Part shown: in pieces, positions 13,304 through 27,508 of the stretch
Layout: each line of letters starts with the position of its first letter
How positions within the stretch are numbered: the stretch's first letter is position 1
DNA from: Eledone cirrhosa
Taxonomy: Eukaryota
NCBI GenBank assembly: GCA_964016885.1
Contig: OZ024740.1
Coordinates: 413,416,001-413,480,000, forward strand
DNA length: 64,000 bases
Direction of reading: 5' to 3'
Position numbers and translations under genes: made by a program
The notes under the pieces: generated by a model
What the model saw: the letters and a program-made list of their open reading frames with translations, nothing else
Database searches by the model: none
What the model was told of the DNA's origin: nothing

Positions 13304-14501
13304 TGTTACTCTATATTATCAGTAAGTCATACAACTTCAGTCTTACTCTATATTATCAGTAAGTGAAACAACTTCAGTAATACTTTATATTATCAGTAAG
13401 TGAAACAACTTCAGACTTACTCTTATAATATCAGTAAGTGAAACAACTTCAGTCTTGCTTTATATCAGTAAGTGAAACAACTTCAGCCTTACTCTATAAT
13501 ATCACTAAGTGAAACAACTTCAGCCTTACTCTATATTATCAGTAAGTGAAACAACTTCAGTCTTACTCTATTTTATCAGTAAGTCAAACAACTTCAGTCT
13601 TAATCTATATTATCAGGAAGTGAAACAATTTCAGTCTTACTCTATATTATCAGTAAGTGAAACAATTTCAGTCTTACTCTATAATATCTGTAAGTGAAAC
13701 AAATTCAGTCTTACTCTATATTATCAGTAAGTGAAACAACTTCAGTGTTACTCTTATATTATCAGTAAGTGAAACAATTTCAGTCTTACTCTATATTATC
13801 AGTAAGTGAAACAACTTCAGTCTTACTTAATATTATCACAAAGTGAAACAACTTCAGTCATACTCTATAATATCAGTAGGTGAAACAGCTTCAGTGTTAC
13901 TCTATATTATCAGTAAGTGAAACAACTTCAGTCTTACTCTATATTATCATTAAGTGAAACAGCATCAGTCTTACTCTGTATTATCAGTAGGTGAAACAAC
14001 TTCAGTCTTACTCTATATTATCATTAAGTGAAACAACTTCAGTCTTACTCTATATTATCATTAAGTGAAACAACTTCAGTCTTACTTTATAATATCAGTA
14101 AGTGAAACAACTTCAGCCTTACTCTATATAATTAGAAAGTGAAACAACTTCAGTCTTACTCTATTTTATCAGTAAGTGAAGCAACTTCAGTGTTACTCTA
14201 TATTATCAGTAAATGAAACAAATTCAGTGTTACTCTATATAATCAGTAAGTGAAACGACTTCCGTCTTACTCTATATTATCAGTAAGTGAAACAACTTCA
14301 GTGTTACTCTTATATTATCAGTAAGTGAAACAACTTCAGTGTTACTCTATATTATCAGTAAGTGAAACAACTTCAGTGTTACTCTATATTATCAGTAAGT
14401 GAAACAACTTCAGACTTACTCTATATTATCAGTAAGTGAAACAACTTCAGTCTTACTCTGTAATATCAGTAAGTGAAACAGCATCAGTGTTACTCTATAT
14501 T

Positions 14502-14710
14502 TGTTTCTAGTTTTAGGGACAAGGCCAGCAATAACCCAGTACATGACTGGTACTTTATTTTATCGACCCCGTAAGAATGAAAGGCAAAGTCAACCTCGGC
14601 GGGACTTGAACTCCATCGTAAAGGGACGTAACAAAGCTGGAAAGCATGGCGTCCGATCCTCTAACGATACTGCCAATCCACCACCTACCGATACTGCCAA
14701 TCCACCGCCT
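14502..14710 (-). mobile_element. SINE copy 7 (A2)
   Basis: Same insert; CTAGTTTTAGGGAC plus private ACATGACTGG. Confidence 0.9.
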
Positions 14711-17602
14711 TGTTACTCTATATTATCAGTAAGTCATACAACTTCAGTCTCACTGTATATTATCAGTAAGTGAAACAACTTCAGTGTTACTCTCTATTAT
14801 CAGTAAGTTAAACAACTTCAGTCTTAGTCTATATTATCAGTAAGTGAAACAACTTCAGTGTTACTCTTATATTATCAGTAAGTGAAACAACTTCAGTCTT
14901 AGTCTATATTATCAGTAAGTGAAACAACTTCAGTCTTACTCTATATTATCACTAAGTGAAACAACTTCAGTGTTACTCTTATATTATCAGTAAGTGAAAC
15001 AACTTCAGTCTTAGTCTATATTATCAGTAGGTGAAACAACTTCAGTGTTACTCTTATATTATCAGTAAGTGAAACAACTGCAGTCTTAGTCTATATTATC
15101 AGTAGGTGAAACAACTTCTGTCGTACTCTATAATATCAGTAAGTGAAACAACTTCAGTCTTACTCTATAATATCAGTAAGTGAAACAACTTCTGTCGTAC
15201 TCTATAATATCAGTAAGTGAAACAACTTCAGTCTTACTCTATATTATCAGTAAGAGAAACAACTTCAGTGTTATTCTATTTTATCAGTAAGTGAAACAAC
15301 ATCAGTGTTACTCTATATTATCAGTAAGTGAAACAACTTCAGTCTTACTCTATTTTATCAGTAAGTCAAACAACTTCAGTCTTAATCTATATTATCAGGA
15401 AGTGAAACAATTTCAGTGTTACTCTATATAATCAGTAAGTGAAACAACTTCAGTCTTGCTTTATATCAGTAAGTGAAACAACTTCAGCCTTACTCTATAA
15501 TATCACTAAGTGAAACAACTTCAGCCTTACTCTATATTATCAGTAAGTCAAACAACTTCAGTCTTAATCTATATTATCAGGAAGTGAAACAATTTCAGTC
15601 TTACTCTATATTATCAGTAAGTGAAACAACTTCAGTCTTACTCTATAATATCTGTAAGTGAAACAAATTCAGTCTTACTCTATATTATCAGTAAGTGAAA
15701 CAACTTCAGTGTTACTCTTATATTATCAGTAAGTGAAACAATTTCAGTCTTACTCTATATTATCAGTAGGTGAAACAACTTCAGTCTTACTCTATAATAT
15801 CAGTAAGTGAAACAACTTCTGTCGTACTCTATAATATCAGTAAGTGAAACAACTTCAGTCTTACTCAATATTATCAGTAAGAAAAACAACTTCAGTGTTA
15901 TTCTATTTTATCAGTAAGTGAAACAACATCAGTGTTACTCTATATTATCAGTAAGTGAAACAACTTCAGTCTTACTCTATTTTATCAGTAAGTCAAACAA
16001 CTTCAGTCTTAATCTATATTATCAGGAAGTGAAACAATTTCAGTGTTACTCTATATTATCAGTAAGTGAAACAACTTCAGTCTTACTCTATAATATCTGT
16101 AAGTGAAACAACTTCAGTCTTACTCTATAATAACGGTAAGTGAAACAACTTCATGTTTACTCTATAATATCAGTAAGTGATACAATTTCAGTCTTACTCT
16201 ATAATAACAGTAAGTGAAACAACTTCATGTTTACTCTATACTATCAGTAAGTGAAACAACTTCAGTCTTACTCTATAATATCAGTAAGTGAAACAACTTC
16301 AGTCTTACTCTATAATATCAGTAAGTGAAATAACTTCAGTCTTACTCTATAATATCAGTAAGTGAACCAACTTCATGTTTACTCTATAATATCAGTAAGT
16401 GAAACAACTTCAGTCTTACTCTATATTATCAGTAAGTGAAACAACTTCATGTTCACTCTATAATTTCAGTGAGTGAAACAACTTCAGTCTTACTCAAGAT
16501 TATCAGTAAGTGAAACAACTTCAGTCTTACTCAATATTATCAGTACGTGTAACAACTTCAGTCTTACTTTATATTATCAGTAAGTGAAACAACTTCAGTG
16601 TTACTCTATATTATCAGTAAGTGAAACGACTTCCGTCTTACTCTATATTATCAGTAAGTGAAACAACTTCAGTGTTACTCTTATATTATCAGTAAGTGAA
16701 ACAACTTCAGTCTTACTCTATTTTATCAGTAAGTCAAACAACTTCAGTCTTAATCTATATTATCAGGAAGTGAAACAATTTCAGTGTTACTCTATATTAT
16801 CAGTAAGTGAAACAACTTCAGTCTTACTCTATAATATCTGTAAGTGAAACAACTTCAGTCTTACTCTATATTATCAGTAAGTGAAACAACTTCAGTGTTA
16901 CTCTTATATTATCAGTAAGTGAAACAATTTCAGTCTTACTCTATATTATCAGTAAGTGAAACAAATTCAGTCTTACTTAATATTATCACAAAGTGAAACA
17001 ACTTCAGTCATACTCTATAATATCAGTAGGTGAAACAGCTTCAGTGTTACTCTATATTATCAGTAAGTGAAACAACTTCAGTCTTACTCTACATTATCAT
17101 TAAGTGAAACAGCATCAGTCTTACTCTGTATTATCAGTAGGTGAAATAACTTCAGTCTTACTCTATATTATCATTAAGTGAAACAACTTCAGTCTTACTC
17201 TATATTATCATTAAGTGAAACAACTTCAGTCTTACTTTATATTATCAGTAAGTGAAACAACTTCAGCCTTACTCTATATAATTAGGAAGTGAAACAACTT
17301 CAGTCTTACTCTATGTTATCAGTAAGTGAAACAACTTCAGTGTTACTCTATATTATCAGTAAGTGAAACAACTTCAGTGTTACTCTATATTATCAGTAAG
17401 TGAAACAACTTCAGACTTACTCTATATTATCAGTAAGTGAAACAACTTCAGTCTTACTCTGTAATATCAGTAAGTGAAACAGCATCAGTGTTACTCTATA
17501 TTTGTTTCTACTTTTAGGCACAAGGCCAGCAATAACCCAGTACATTACTGGTACTTTATTTTATAGACCCCGTAAGAATGAAAGGCAAAGTCAACCTCGG
17601 CG

Positions 17603-17700
17603 GGACTTGAACTCCATCGTAAAGGGACGTAACAAAGCTGGAAAGCATGGCGTCCGATCCTCTAACGATACTGCCAATCCACCACCTACCGATACTGCCA
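17603..17700 (-). promoter_or_regulatory. Type-2 RNA Pol III internal promoter of the SINE (representative copy): two A boxes and one B box
   Basis: Minus strand has TGGCAGTATCGG (17689-17700), TGGCAGTATCGT (17665-17676) and B box GAGTTCAAGTCC (17603-17614, matching GTTCRANNC). The A boxes are slightly degenerate and activity is unknown. Confidence 0.75.
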
Positions 17701-17711
17701 ATCCACCGCCT
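17664..17711. repeat. 24-bp tandem duplication of the SINE 5' end/A box (27 of 28 copies)
   Basis: AACGATACTGCCAATCCACCACCT followed by ACCGATACTGCCAATCCACCGCCT. Confidence 0.95.
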
Positions 17712-20099
17712 TGTTACTCTATATTATCAGTAAGTCATACAACTTCAGTCTCACTCTATATTATCAGTAAGTGAAACAACTTCAGTGTTACTCTATATTA
17801 TCAGTAAGTGAAACAACTTCAGTCTTACTCTATAATATCAGTAGGTGAAACAACTTCAGTGTTACTCTATATTATCAGTAAGTGAAACAACTTCAGTGTT
17901 ACTCTTATATTATCAGTAAGTGAAACAACTTCAGTCTTAGTCTATATTATTAGTAGGTGAAACAACTTCAGTGTTACTCTTATATTATCAGTAAGTGAAA
18001 CAACTGCAGTCTTAGTCTATATTATCAGTAGGTGAAACAACTTCAGTCTTACTCTATAATATCAGTAAGTGAAACAACTTCAGTGTTACTCTTATATTAT
18101 CAGTAAGTGAAACAACTTCAGTCTTAGTCTATATTATCAGTAAGTGAAACAACTTCAGTCTTACTCTATATTATCAGTAAGTGAAACAACTTCAGTGTTA
18201 CTCTTATATTATCAGTAAGTGAAACAACTTCAGTCTTAGTCTATATTATTAGTAGGTGAAACAACTTCAGTGTTACTCTTATATTATCAGTAAGTGAAAC
18301 AACTGCAGTCTTAGTCTATATTATCAGTAGGTGAAACAACTTCAGTCTTACTCTATAATATCAGTAAGTGAAACAACTTCTGTCGTACTCTATAATATCA
18401 GTAAGTGAAACAACTTCAGTCTTACTCTATATTATCAGTAAGAGAAACAACTTCAGTGTTATTCTATTTTATCAGTAAGTGAAACAACATCAGTGTTACT
18501 CTATATTATCAGTAAGTGAAACAACTTCAGTCTTACTCTATTTTATCAGTAAGTCAAACAACTTCAGTCTTAATCTATATTATCAGGAAGTGAAACAATT
18601 TCAGTCTTACTCTATATAATCAGTAAGTGAAACAACTTCAGTCTTACTCTATAATATCTGTAAGTGAAACAACTTCAGTCTTACTCTATATTATCAGTAA
18701 GTGAAAGAACTTCAGTGTTACTCTTATATTATCAGTAAGTGAAACAATTTCAGTCTTACTCTATATTATCAGTAAGTGAAACAACTTCAGTCTTACTTAA
18801 TATTATCACAAAGTGAAACAACTTCAGTCATACTCTATAATATCAGTAGGTGAAACAGCTTCAGTGTTACTCTATATTATCAGTAAGTGAAACAACTTCA
18901 GTCTTACTCTATGTTATCATTAAGTGAAACAGCATCAGTCTTACTCTGTATTATCAGTAGGTGAAACAACTTCAGTCTTACTCTATATTATCATTAAGTG
19001 AAACAACTTCAGTCTTACTCTATATTATCATTAAGTGAAACAACTTCAGTCTTACTTTATATTATCAGTAAGTGAAACAACTTCAGCCTTACTCTATATA
19101 ATTAGAAAGTGAAACAACTTCAGTCTTACTCTATTTTATCAGTAAGTGAAGCAACTTCAGTCTTACTCTATATTATCAGTAAGTGAAACAAATTCAGTCT
19201 TACTCTATAATATCAGTAAGTGAAACAACTTCAGTCTTACTCTATATTATCAGTAAGTGAAACAAATTCAGTCTTACTCTATAATATCAGTAAGTGAAAC
19301 AATTTCAGTCTTACTCTATAATAACAGTAAGTGAAACAACTTCATGTTTACTCTATAATATCAGTGAGTGAAACAATTTCAGTCTTACTCTATAATATCA
19401 GAAAGTGAAACAACTTCAGTCTTACTCTATAATATCAGTAAGTGATACAATTTCAGTCTTACTCTATAATAACAGTAAGTGAAACAACTTCATGTTTACT
19501 CTATAATATCAGTAAGTGAAACAACTTCAGTCATACTCTATAATATCAGTAAGTGAAACAACTTCATTCTTACTCTATAATATCAGTAAGTGAAACAACT
19601 TCAGTCATACTCTATAATATCAGTAAGTGATACAACTTCAGTCTTACTCTATAATATCAGTAAGTGAAACAACTTCAGTCTTACTCTATAATATCAGTAA
19701 GTGAAACAACTTCAGTCATACTCTATAATATCAGTAAGTCATACAACTTCAGTCTCACTCTATATTATCAGTAAGTGAAACAACTTGAGTGTTACTCTAT
19801 ATTATCAGTAAGTGAAACAACTTCCGTCTTACTCCATAATATCAGTAACTGAAACAACTTCAGTCTTACTTTATATTATCAGTAAGTGAAACAACTTCAG
19901 TGTTACTCTATATTATCAGTAAGTGAAACAACTTCAGTCTTACTCTATATTATCAGTAAGTGAAACAACTTCAGTCTTACTCCGTATTATCAGTAAGTGA
20001 AACAACTTCAGTCTTACTTTATATTATCAGTAAGTGAAACAACTTCAGTGTTACTCTATAATATCAGTAAGTGAAACGGCATCAGTGTTACATTATATT

Positions 20100-20308
20100 T
20101 GTTTCTACATTTAGGCACAAGGCCAGCAATAACCCAGTACATTACTGGTACTATATTTTATCGACCCCGTAAGAATGAAAGGCAAAGTCAACCTCGGTGG
20201 GACTTGAACTCCATCGTAAAGGGACGTAACAATGCTGGAAAGCATGGCGTCTGATCCTCTAACGATACTGCCAATCCACCACCTACCGATACTGCCAATC
20301 CACCGCAT
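20100..20308 (-). mobile_element. SINE copy 9 (B1)
   Basis: B diagnostics; left TSD mutated to TGTTACATTATATT; GTCTGATCC. Confidence 0.9.
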
Positions 20309-21691
20309 TGTTACTCTATATTATCAGTAAGTCATACAACTTCAGTCTTACTCTATATTATCAGTAAGTGAAACAACTTCAGTCTTACTTAATATTATCA
20401 CAAAGTGAAACAACTTCAGTCTTACTCTATAATATCAGTAGGTGAAACAGCTTCAGCGTTACTCTATATTATCAGTAAGTGAAACAACTTCAGTCTTACT
20501 CTATATTATCATTAAGTGAAACAGCATCAGTCTTACTCTGTATTATCAGTAAGTGAAACAACTTCAGTCTTACTCTATATTATCATTAAGTGAAACAACT
20601 TCAGTCTTACTTTATATTATCAGTAAGTGAAACAAATTCAGCCTTACTCTATATAATTAGAAAGTGAAACAACTTCAGTCTTACTCTATTTTATCAGTAA
20701 GTGAAGCAACTTCAGTCTTACTCTATATTATCAGTAAGTGAAACAAATTCAGTCTTACTCTATAATATCAGTAAGTGAAACAACTTCAGTCTTACTCTAT
20801 AATATCAGTAAGTGATACAATTTCAGTCTTACTCTATAATAACAGTAAGTGAAACAACTTCATGTTTACTCTATAATATCAGTGAGTGAAACAACTTCAG
20901 TCTTACTCTATAATATCAGTAAGTGAAACAACTTCAGTCTTACTCTATAATATCAGTAAGTGATACAATTTCAGTCTTACTCTATAATAACAGTAAGTGA
21001 AACAACTTCATGTTTACTCTATAATATCAGTAAGTGAAACAACTTCAGTCTTACTCTATATTATCAGTAAGTGAAACAACTTCATGTTTACTCTATAATA
21101 TCATTAAGTGAAACAACTTCGGTCTTACTCTATATTATCAGTAAGTGAAACTACTTCAGTCTTACTCTATATTAACAGTAAATGAAACAACTTCAGTCTT
21201 ACTCTATAATATCAGTGAGTGAAACAACTTCAGTCTTACTCTATAATATCAGTGAGTGAAACAACTTCAGTCTTACTCAATATTATCAGTAAGTGAAACA
21301 ACTTCAGTCTTACTCAATATTATCAGTACGTGTAACAACTTCAGCCTAACTCTATATTATCAGTAAGTGAAACGACTTCCGTCTTACTCTATATTATCAG
21401 TAAGTGAAACAACTTCAGTCTTACTCTGTAATATCAGAAAGTGAAACAACTTCAGGCATACTCTATAATATCAGTAAGTGAAACAGCTTCAGTGTTACTC
21501 TATATTATCAGAAAGTGAAACAACTTCAGTCATACTCTATAATATCAGAAAGTGAAACAGCTTCAGTGTTACTCTATATTATCAGTAAGTGAAACAACTT
21601 CAGACTTACTCTATATTATCAGTAAGTGAAACAACTTCAGTCTTACTCTGTAATATCAGTAAGTGAAACAGCATCAGTGTTACTCTATATT

Positions 21692-21900
21692 TGTTTCTAC
21701 TTTTAGGCACAAGGCCAGCAATAACCCAGTACATTACTGGTACTTTATTTTATCGACCCCGTAAGAATGAAAGGCAAAGTCAACCTCGGCGGGACTTGAA
21801 CTCCATCGTAAAGGGACGTAACAAAGCTGGAAAGCATGGCGTCCGATCCTGTAACGATACTGTCAATCCACCACCTACCTATACTGCCAATCCACCGCCT
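21692..21900 (-). mobile_element. SINE copy 10 (A1)
   Basis: Same insert; A1 marks. Confidence 0.9.
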
Positions 21901-22689
21901 TGTTACTCTATATTATCAGTAAGTCATACAACTTCAGTCTTACTCTATATTATCAGTAAGTGAAACAACTTCAGTAATACTCTATATTATCAGTAAGTGA
22001 AACAACTTCAGACTTACTCTTATAATATCAGTAAGTGAAACAACTTCAGTCTTGCTTTATATCAGTAAGTGAAACAACTTCAGCCTTACTCTATAATATC
22101 ACTAAGTGAAACAACTTCAGCCTTACTCTATATAATTAGAAAGTGAAACAACTTCAGTCTTACTCTATTTTATCAGTAAGTGAAGCAACTTCAGTCTTAC
22201 TCTATATTATCAGTAAGTGAAACAAATTCAGTCTTACTCTATAATATCAGTAAGTGAAACAACTTCAGTCTTACTCTATATTATCAGTAAGTGAAACAAA
22301 TTCAGTCTTACTCTATTTTATCAGTAAGTGAAGCAACTTCAGTCTTACTCTGTATTATCAGTAGGTGAAACAACTTCAGTCTTACTCTATATTATTATTA
22401 AGTGAAACAACTTCAGTCTTACTCTAAATTATCATTAAGTGAAACAACTTCAGTCTTACTTTATATTATCAGTAAGTGAAACAACTTCAGCCTTACTCTA
22501 TATAATTAGAAAGTGAAACAACTTCAGTCTTACTCTATTTTATCAGTAAGGGAAGCAACTTCAGTGTTACTCTATATTATCAGTAAGTGAAACAAATTCA
22601 GACTTACTCTATATTATCAGTAAGTGAAACAACTTCAGTCTTACTCTGTAATATCAGTAAGTGAAACAGCATCAGTGTTACTCTATATT

Positions 22690-22898
22690 TGTTTCTACTT
22701 TTAGGCACAAGGCCAGCAATAACCCAGTACATTACTGGTACTTTATTTTATAGACCCCGTAAGAATGAAAGGCAAAGTCAACCTCGGCGGGACTTGAACT
22801 CCATCGTAAAGGGACGTAACAAAGCTGGAAAGCATGGCGTCCGATCCTCTAACGATACTGCCAATCCACCACCTACCGATACTGCCAATCCACCGCCT
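22690..22898 (-). mobile_element. SINE copy 11 (A2)
   Basis: Same insert; matches copy 8. Confidence 0.9.
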
Positions 22899-24959
22899 TG
22901 TTACTCTATATTATCAGTAAGTCATACAACTTCAGTCTCACTCTATATTATCAGTAAGTGAAACAACTTCAGTGTTACTCTATATTATCAGTAAGTGAAA
23001 CAACTTCAGTCTTACTCTATAATATCAGTAGGTGAAACAACTTCAGTGTTACTCTATATTATCAGTAAGTGAAACAACTTCAGTGTTACTCTTATATTAT
23101 CAGTAAGTGAAACAACTTCAGTCTTAGTCTATATTATTAGTAGGTGAAACAACTTCAGTGTTACTCTTATATTATCAGTAAGTGAAACAACTGCAGTCTT
23201 AGTCTATATTATCAGTAGGTGAAACAACTTCAGTCTTACTCTATAATATCAGTAAGTGAAACAACTTCAGTGTTACTCTTATATTATCAGTAAGTGAAAC
23301 AACTTCAGTCTTAGTCTATATTATCAGTAAGTGAAACAACTTCAGTCTTACTCTATATTATCAGTAAGTGAAACAACTTCAGTGTTACTCTTATATTATC
23401 AGTAAGTGAAACAACTTCAGTCTTAGTCTATATTATTAGTAGGTGAAACAACTTCAGTGTTACTCTTATATTATCAGTAAGTGAAACAACTGCAGTCTTA
23501 GTCTATATTATCAGTAGGTGAAACAACTTCAGTCTTACTCTATAATATCAGTAAGTGAAACAACTTCTGTCGTACTCTATAATATCAGTAAGTGAAACAA
23601 CTTCAGTCTTACTCTATATTATCAGTAAGAGAAACAACTTCAGTGTTATTCTATTTTATCAGTAAGTGAAACAACATCAGTGTTACTCTATATTATCAGT
23701 AAGTGAAACAACTTCAGTCTTACTCTATTTTATCAGTAAGTCAAACAACTTCAGTCTTAATCTATATTATCAGGAAGTGAAACAATTTCAGTCTTACTCT
23801 ATATAATCAGTAAGTGAAACAACTTCAGTCTTACTCTATAATATCTGTAAGTGAAACAACTTCAGTCTTACTCTATATTATCAGTAAGTGAAACAACTTC
23901 AGTGTTACTCTTATATTATCAGTAAGTGAAACAATTTCAGTCTTACTCTATATTATCAGTAAGTGAAACAACTTCAGTCTTACTTAATATTATCACAAAG
24001 TGAAACAACTTCAGTCATACTCTATAATATCAGTAGGTGAAACAGCTTCAGTGTTACTCTATATTATCAGTAAGTGAAACAACTTCAGTCTTACTCTATG
24101 TTATCATTAAGTGAAACAGCATCAGTCTTACTCTGTATTATCAGTAGGTGAAACAACTTCAGTCTTACTCTATATTATCATTAAGTGAAACAACTTCAGT
24201 CTTACTCTATATTATCATTAAGTGAAACAACTTCAGTCTTACTTTATATTATCAGTAAGTGAAACAACTTCAGCCTTACTCTATATAATTAGAAAGTGAA
24301 ACAACTTCAGTCTTACTCTATTTTATCAGTAAGTGAAGCAACTTCAGTCTTACTCTATATTATCAGTAAGTGAAACAAATTCAGTCTTACTCTATAATAT
24401 CAGTAAGTGAAACAACTTCAGTCTTACTCTATATTATCAGTAAGTGAAACAAATTCAGTCTTACTCTATAATATCAGTAAGTGAAACAATTTCAGTCTTA
24501 CTCTATAATAACAGTAAGTGAAACAACTTCATGTTTACTCTATAATATCAGTGAGTGAAACAATTTCAGTCTTACTCTATAATATCAGAAAGTGAAACAA
24601 CTTCAGTCTTACTCTATAATATCAGTAAGTGATACAATTTCAGTCTTACTCTATAATAACAGTAAGTGAAACAACTTCATGTTTACTCTATAATATCAGT
24701 AAGTGAAACAACTTCAGTCATACTCTATAATATCAGTAAGTGAAACAACTTCATTCTTACTCTATAATATCAGTAAGTGAAACAACTTCAGTCATACTCT
24801 ATAATATCAGTAAGTGATACAACTTCAGTCTTACTCTATAATATCAGTAAGTGAAACAACTTCAGTCTTACTCTATAATATCAGTAAGTGAAACAACTTC
24901 AGTCATACTCTATAATATCAGTAAGTGAAACAACTTGAGTGTTACTCTATATTATCAGT

Positions 24960-25690
24960 AAGTGAAACAACTTCAGTCTTACTCTATATTATCAGTAAGT
25001 GAAACAACTTCAGTCTTACTCCGTATTATCAGTAAGTGAAACAACTTCAGTCTTACTTTATATTATCAGTAAGTGAAACAACTTCAGTGTTACTCTATAT
25101 TATCAGTAAGTGAAACAACTTCAGTCTTACTCTATATTATCAGTAAGTGAAACAACTTCCGTCTTACTCCATAATATCAGTAACTGAAACAACTTCAGTC
25201 TTACTTTATATTATCAGTAAGTGAAACAACTTCAGTGTTACTCTATATTATCAGTAAGTGAAACAACTTCAGTCTTACTCTATATTATCAGTAAGTGAAA
25301 CAACTTCAGTCTTACTCCGTATTATCAGTAAGTGAAACAACTTCAGTCTTACTTTATATTATCAGTAAGTGAAACAACTTCAGTGTTACTCTATATTATC
25401 AGTAAGTGAAACAACTTCAGTCTTACTCTATATTATCAGTAAGTGAAACAACTTCAGTCTTACTCCGTATTATCAGTAAGTGAAACAACTTCAGTCTTAC
25501 TTTATATTATCAGTAAGTGAAACAACTTCAGTGTTACTCTATATTATCAGTAAGTGAAACAACTTCAGTCTTACTCTATATTATCAGTAAGTGAAACAAC
25601 TTCAGTCTTACTCCGTATTATCAGTAAGTGAAACAACTTCAGTCTTACTTTATATTATCAGTAAGTGAAACAACTTCAGTGTTACTCTAT
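24960..25690 (+). repeat. Local 148-bp (4-monomer) higher-order expansion
   Basis: Marker CCGTATT at 25021, 25317, 25465 and 25613 (spacings 296, 148, 148). Confidence 0.85.
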
Positions 25691-25730
25691 AATATCAGTA
25701 AGTGAAACGGCATCAGTGTTACATTATATT

Positions 25731-25939
25731 TGTTTCTACATTTAGGCACAAGGCCAGCAATAACCCAGTACATTACTGGTACTATATTTTATCGACCCCG
25801 TAAGAATGAAAGGCAAAATCAACCTCGGTGGGACTTGAACTCCATCGTAAAGGGACGTAACAATGCTGGAAAGCATGGCGTCTGATCCTCTAACGATACT
25901 GCCAATCCACCACCTACCGATACTGCCAATCCACCGCAT
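25731..25939 (-). mobile_element. SINE copy 12 (B1)
   Basis: B diagnostics; private GCAAAATC. Confidence 0.9.
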
Positions 25940-27508
25940 TGTTACTCTATATTATCAGTAAGTCATACAACTTCAGTCTTGCTCTATATTATCAGTAAGT
26001 GAAACAACTTCAGTCTTACTTAATATTATCACAAAGTGAAACAACTTCAGTCTTACTCTATAATATCAGTAGGTGAAACAGCTTCAGCGTTACTCTATAT
26101 TATCAGTAAGTGAAACAACTTCAGTCTTACTCTATATTATCATTAAGTGAAACAGCATCAGTCTTACTCTGTATTATCAGTAAGTGAAACAACTTCAGTC
26201 TTACTCTATATTATCATTAAGTGAAACAACTTCAGTCTTACTTTATATTATCAGTAAGTGAAACAAATTCAGCCTTACTCTATATAATTAGAAAGTGAAA
26301 CAACTTCAGTCTTACTCTATTTTATCAGTAAGTGAAGCAACTTCAGTCTTACTCTATATTATCAGTAAGTGAAACAAATTCAGTCTTACTCTATAATATC
26401 AGTAAGTGAAACAACTTCAGTCTTACTCTATAATATCAGTAAGTGATACAATTTCAGTCTTACTCTATAATAACAGTAAGTGAAACAACTTCATGTTTAC
26501 TCTATAATATCAGTGAGTGAAACAACTTCAGTCTTACTCTATAATATCAGTAAGTGAAACAACTTCAGTCTTACTCTATAATATCAGTAAGTGATACAAT
26601 TTCAGTCTTACTCTATAATAACAGTAAGTGAAACAACTTCATGTTTACTCTATAATATCAGTAAGTGAAACAACTTCAGTCTTACTCTATATTATCAGTA
26701 AGTGAAACAACTTCATGTTTACTCTATAATATCATTAAGTGAAACAACTTCGGTCTTACTCTATATTATCAGTAAGTGAAACTACTTCAGTCTTACTCTA
26801 TATTAACAGTAAATGAAACAACTTCAGTCTTACTCTATAATATCAGTGAGTGAAACAACTTCAGTCTTACTCTATAATATCAGTGAGTGAAACAACTTCA
26901 GTCTTACTCAATATTATCAGTAAGTGAAACAACTTCAGTCTTACTCAATATTATCAGTACGTGTAACAACTTCAGCCTAACTCTATATTATCAGTAAGTG
27001 AAACAACTTCAGGCATACTCTATAATATCAGTAAGTGAAACAGCTTCAGTGTTACTCTATATTATCAGAAAGTGAAACAACTTCAGTCATACTCTATAAT
27101 ATCAGAAAGTGAAACAGCTTCAGTGTTACTCTATATTATCAGTAAGTGAAACAACTTCAGACTTACTCTATATAATTAGAAAGTGAAACAACTTCAGTCT
27201 TACTCTATTTTATCAGTAAGGGAAGCAACTTGAGTGTTACTCTATATTATCAGTAAGTGAAACAAATTCAGTGTTACTCTATATTATCAGTAAGTGAAAC
27301 GACTTCCGTCTTACTCTATATTATCAGTAAGTGAAACAACTTCAGTGTTACTCTTATATTATCAGTAAGTGAAACAACTTCAGTGTTACTCTATATTATC
27401 AGTAAGTGAAACAACTTCAGACTTACTCTATATTATCAGTAAGTGAAACAACTTCAGTCTTACTCTGTAATATCAGTAAGTGAAACAGCATCAGTGTTAC
27501 TCTATATT

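Larger units (their letters stand above)
7600..16800 (+). repeat. ~4.55-kb higher-order repeat carrying an A1+A2 SINE pair; an earlier imperfect copy lies at ~2.4-7.9 kb (bounds approximate)
   Basis: Offset 4552 for SINEs 8543/13095 and 9950/14502 and for the private marker ATCATCAGTACG at 8171/12723. AATAACGGTAAG occurs near 7098, 11797 and 16130. Confidence 0.85.
17503..17711 (-). mobile_element. SINE copy 8 (A2)
   Basis: Same insert; TSD at 17489-17502 and 17712-17725. Confidence 0.9.
17400..27000 (+). repeat. ~5.2-5.6-kb higher-order duplication (bounds approximate)
   Basis: SINEs 17503/22690 share private TATAGACCCC (offset 5187). B copies 20100/25731 are offset 5631 = 5187 + 12x37. 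Confidence 0.8.

Noticed and set aside
17598-17711. Functional tRNA gene
   Set aside because: A/B boxes and GGCGG/CCGCC ends are present, but there is no convincing anticodon arm. The 5' end is duplicated, and the element continues into a SINE body with a TSD.
20111-20308. 65-aa minus-strand ORF MRWIGSIG...
   Set aside because: The ATG arises from a single B-type substitution at the SINE 5' end. It spans a non-coding Pol III element and is broken by a stop in copy 1.
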